Made by a program: the position numbers and the translations under genes. Below the pieces are notes generated by a model that had not been told where the DNA came from, did no database searches, and saw only the letters and a list, made by a program, of their open reading frames with translations. Positions 63,134 through 64,000 of a DNA stretch of 64,000 nt are shown in pieces. Numbering within the stretch: position 1 is the first letter of the stretch; every line of letters begins with the position of its first letter. Location: assembly GCA_963715465.1 (NCBI GenBank), contig OY970246.1:829969-893968 (forward strand), written 5' to 3'. This DNA comes from an uncultured Flavobacteriaceae bacterium. GTDB taxonomy: Bacteria; Bacteroidota; Bacteroidia; Flavobacteriales; Flavobacteriaceae.

Positions 63134-64000
63134 ATGAAAATTAGTGCTGAATTACTTGTTATGAGAACGATTACAACTGTTGTTATTTTTTTGTGCGTCA
63201 CTTCGTCTTATGGTCAAAATATTCAAGATATTATTGATCAGGTAGACCTTGGTAACTTAACGGTGACGCTTAATGAGTTTTCTGGTGAACAAACCACAAC
63301 GGTAAACGGAAACACGGTTTCTATCATAGATCGACGCCAAGCGGTTAATGACATTGCTGCCGATTACTTGATTGAGCGCTTTCAAGAGCTCGATAATATT
63401 ACCATTACCGATCAATCCTTTAATACCAACGGCAGAAACATCATCGCAACGCAACTCGGTAAAACAAATCCTGAAAATATATATATGATATGTGCGCATT
63501 ATGATACGGTAACTAATTTTTGTGCCGATGATAATGCGAGTGGTACAGGAGCGATTTTAGAAATTGCCCGAATTTTATCGACGCAATGCCTTGATAATAC
63601 TATTGTTTATGCCTTGTGGGATGAAGAGGAGATTGGTTTATTTGGATCGGCATTTTATGCCACACAAGCGCAAACTGATAACGATAACATTTTAGGGGTT
63701 TATAATATTGATATGATCGCTTATGATGGTGATGGCGACAACAGTTTTGATATTGATGTCAAGCAAGGTGATGCTGGATCAATTGCTATGGGAAATGCGA
63801 TTATTAATGTATTAAATTCCTACACATTCAATTTAAATCATAATCTTATTAATCCCGGAACTGAGCAGAGTGATCATTCCAGTTTTTGGAATCGTGGCTT
63901 TCCAGCAGCATTGGTGGGAGAGGCTTGGTCAGAAAATGATCAAAACGATCAATACCATACGTCTGGCGATGTGGTAAGCAATTTGAATTTATCCTTTTAT
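63134..64000 (+). CDS. Secreted M28-family aminopeptidase (3' end outside the window)
   Basis: Signal peptide ending SSYGQ and metal-ligand motifs AHYD, DDNASGT, WDEEE(IG) and DMI. The frame is open to the window end. ATG at 63134 or 63161. Confidence 0.75.
   Translation, partial: MKISAELLVMRTITTVVIFLCVTSSYGQNIQDIIDQVDLGNLTVTLNEFSGEQTTTVNGNTVSIIDRRQAVNDIAADYLIERFQELDNITITDQSFNTNGRNIIATQLGKTNPENIYMICAHYDTVTNFCADDNASGTGAILEIARILSTQCLDNTIVYALWDEEEIGLFGSAFYATQAQTDNDNILGVYNIDMIAYDGDGDNSFDIDVKQGDAGSIAMGNAIINVLNSYTFNLNHNLINPGTEQSDHSSFWNRGFPAALVGEAWSENDQNDQYHTSGDVVSNLNLSFY

Overview
The window looks like a chromosomal segment from a low-GC Bacteroidota genome, probably Flavobacteriia. The evidence is two proteins with type IX secretion C-terminal sorting domains, many Cys-lipobox lipoproteins, TAnnTTTG-type -7 promoter boxes, an extended S16, BlaR1-TonB fusions and Flavobacteria-typical DUF families. 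Most of it is densely packed housekeeping: tyrS, an OmpR-type two-component pair, trmB, an Fe-S cluster/redox group (apbC, nfu-like, TrxR-type ferredoxin-NADP reductase, 2Fe-2S ferredoxin), acyl-CoA dehydrogenase, rimM-rpsP, dnaE, trxA, clpP, tRNA-Asp, ruvC, hemW and phnA. I found no CRISPR array, transposase, integrase, rRNA or recognisable canonical defence system. The non-routine content is as follows. (1) A roughly 5.7-kb AT-rich two-gene exopolysaccharide module lies just downstream of tRNA-Asp. It encodes a membrane-anchored clan GH-A-like hydrolase and a 1274-aa BcsA-like GT2 synthase fused to GH26-like and GH-A-like domains, and it is bracketed by two 152-bp direct repeats that are nearly identical. 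(2) A 907-bp tandem segmental duplication produced two paralogous lipoprotein genes and a 58-codon remnant of the adjacent 1096-aa T9SS hydrolase gene. (3) A DUF4198 protein with an HxH-rich insert (24 His in about 101 residues) is translationally coupled to a HupE/UreJ permease. (4) There are two BlaI/BlaR1-like (M56) sensor-repressor modules with unusual C-terminal domains and their own palindromic operator candidates. (5) Two genes are disrupted: a frameshifted four-helix-bundle (23S rRNA IVS-type) gene inserted between fnr and fdx, and a DUF2383 gene with an in-frame TAA. (6) Several small dispersed or structured non-coding elements are present: a GC-rich ~90-bp repeat pair with a compensatory hairpin, a 19-mer in three perfect copies, a perfect 36-bp palindrome, and a 710-bp ORF-free gap. 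All family assignments come from motif recognition by eye; no database search was run.
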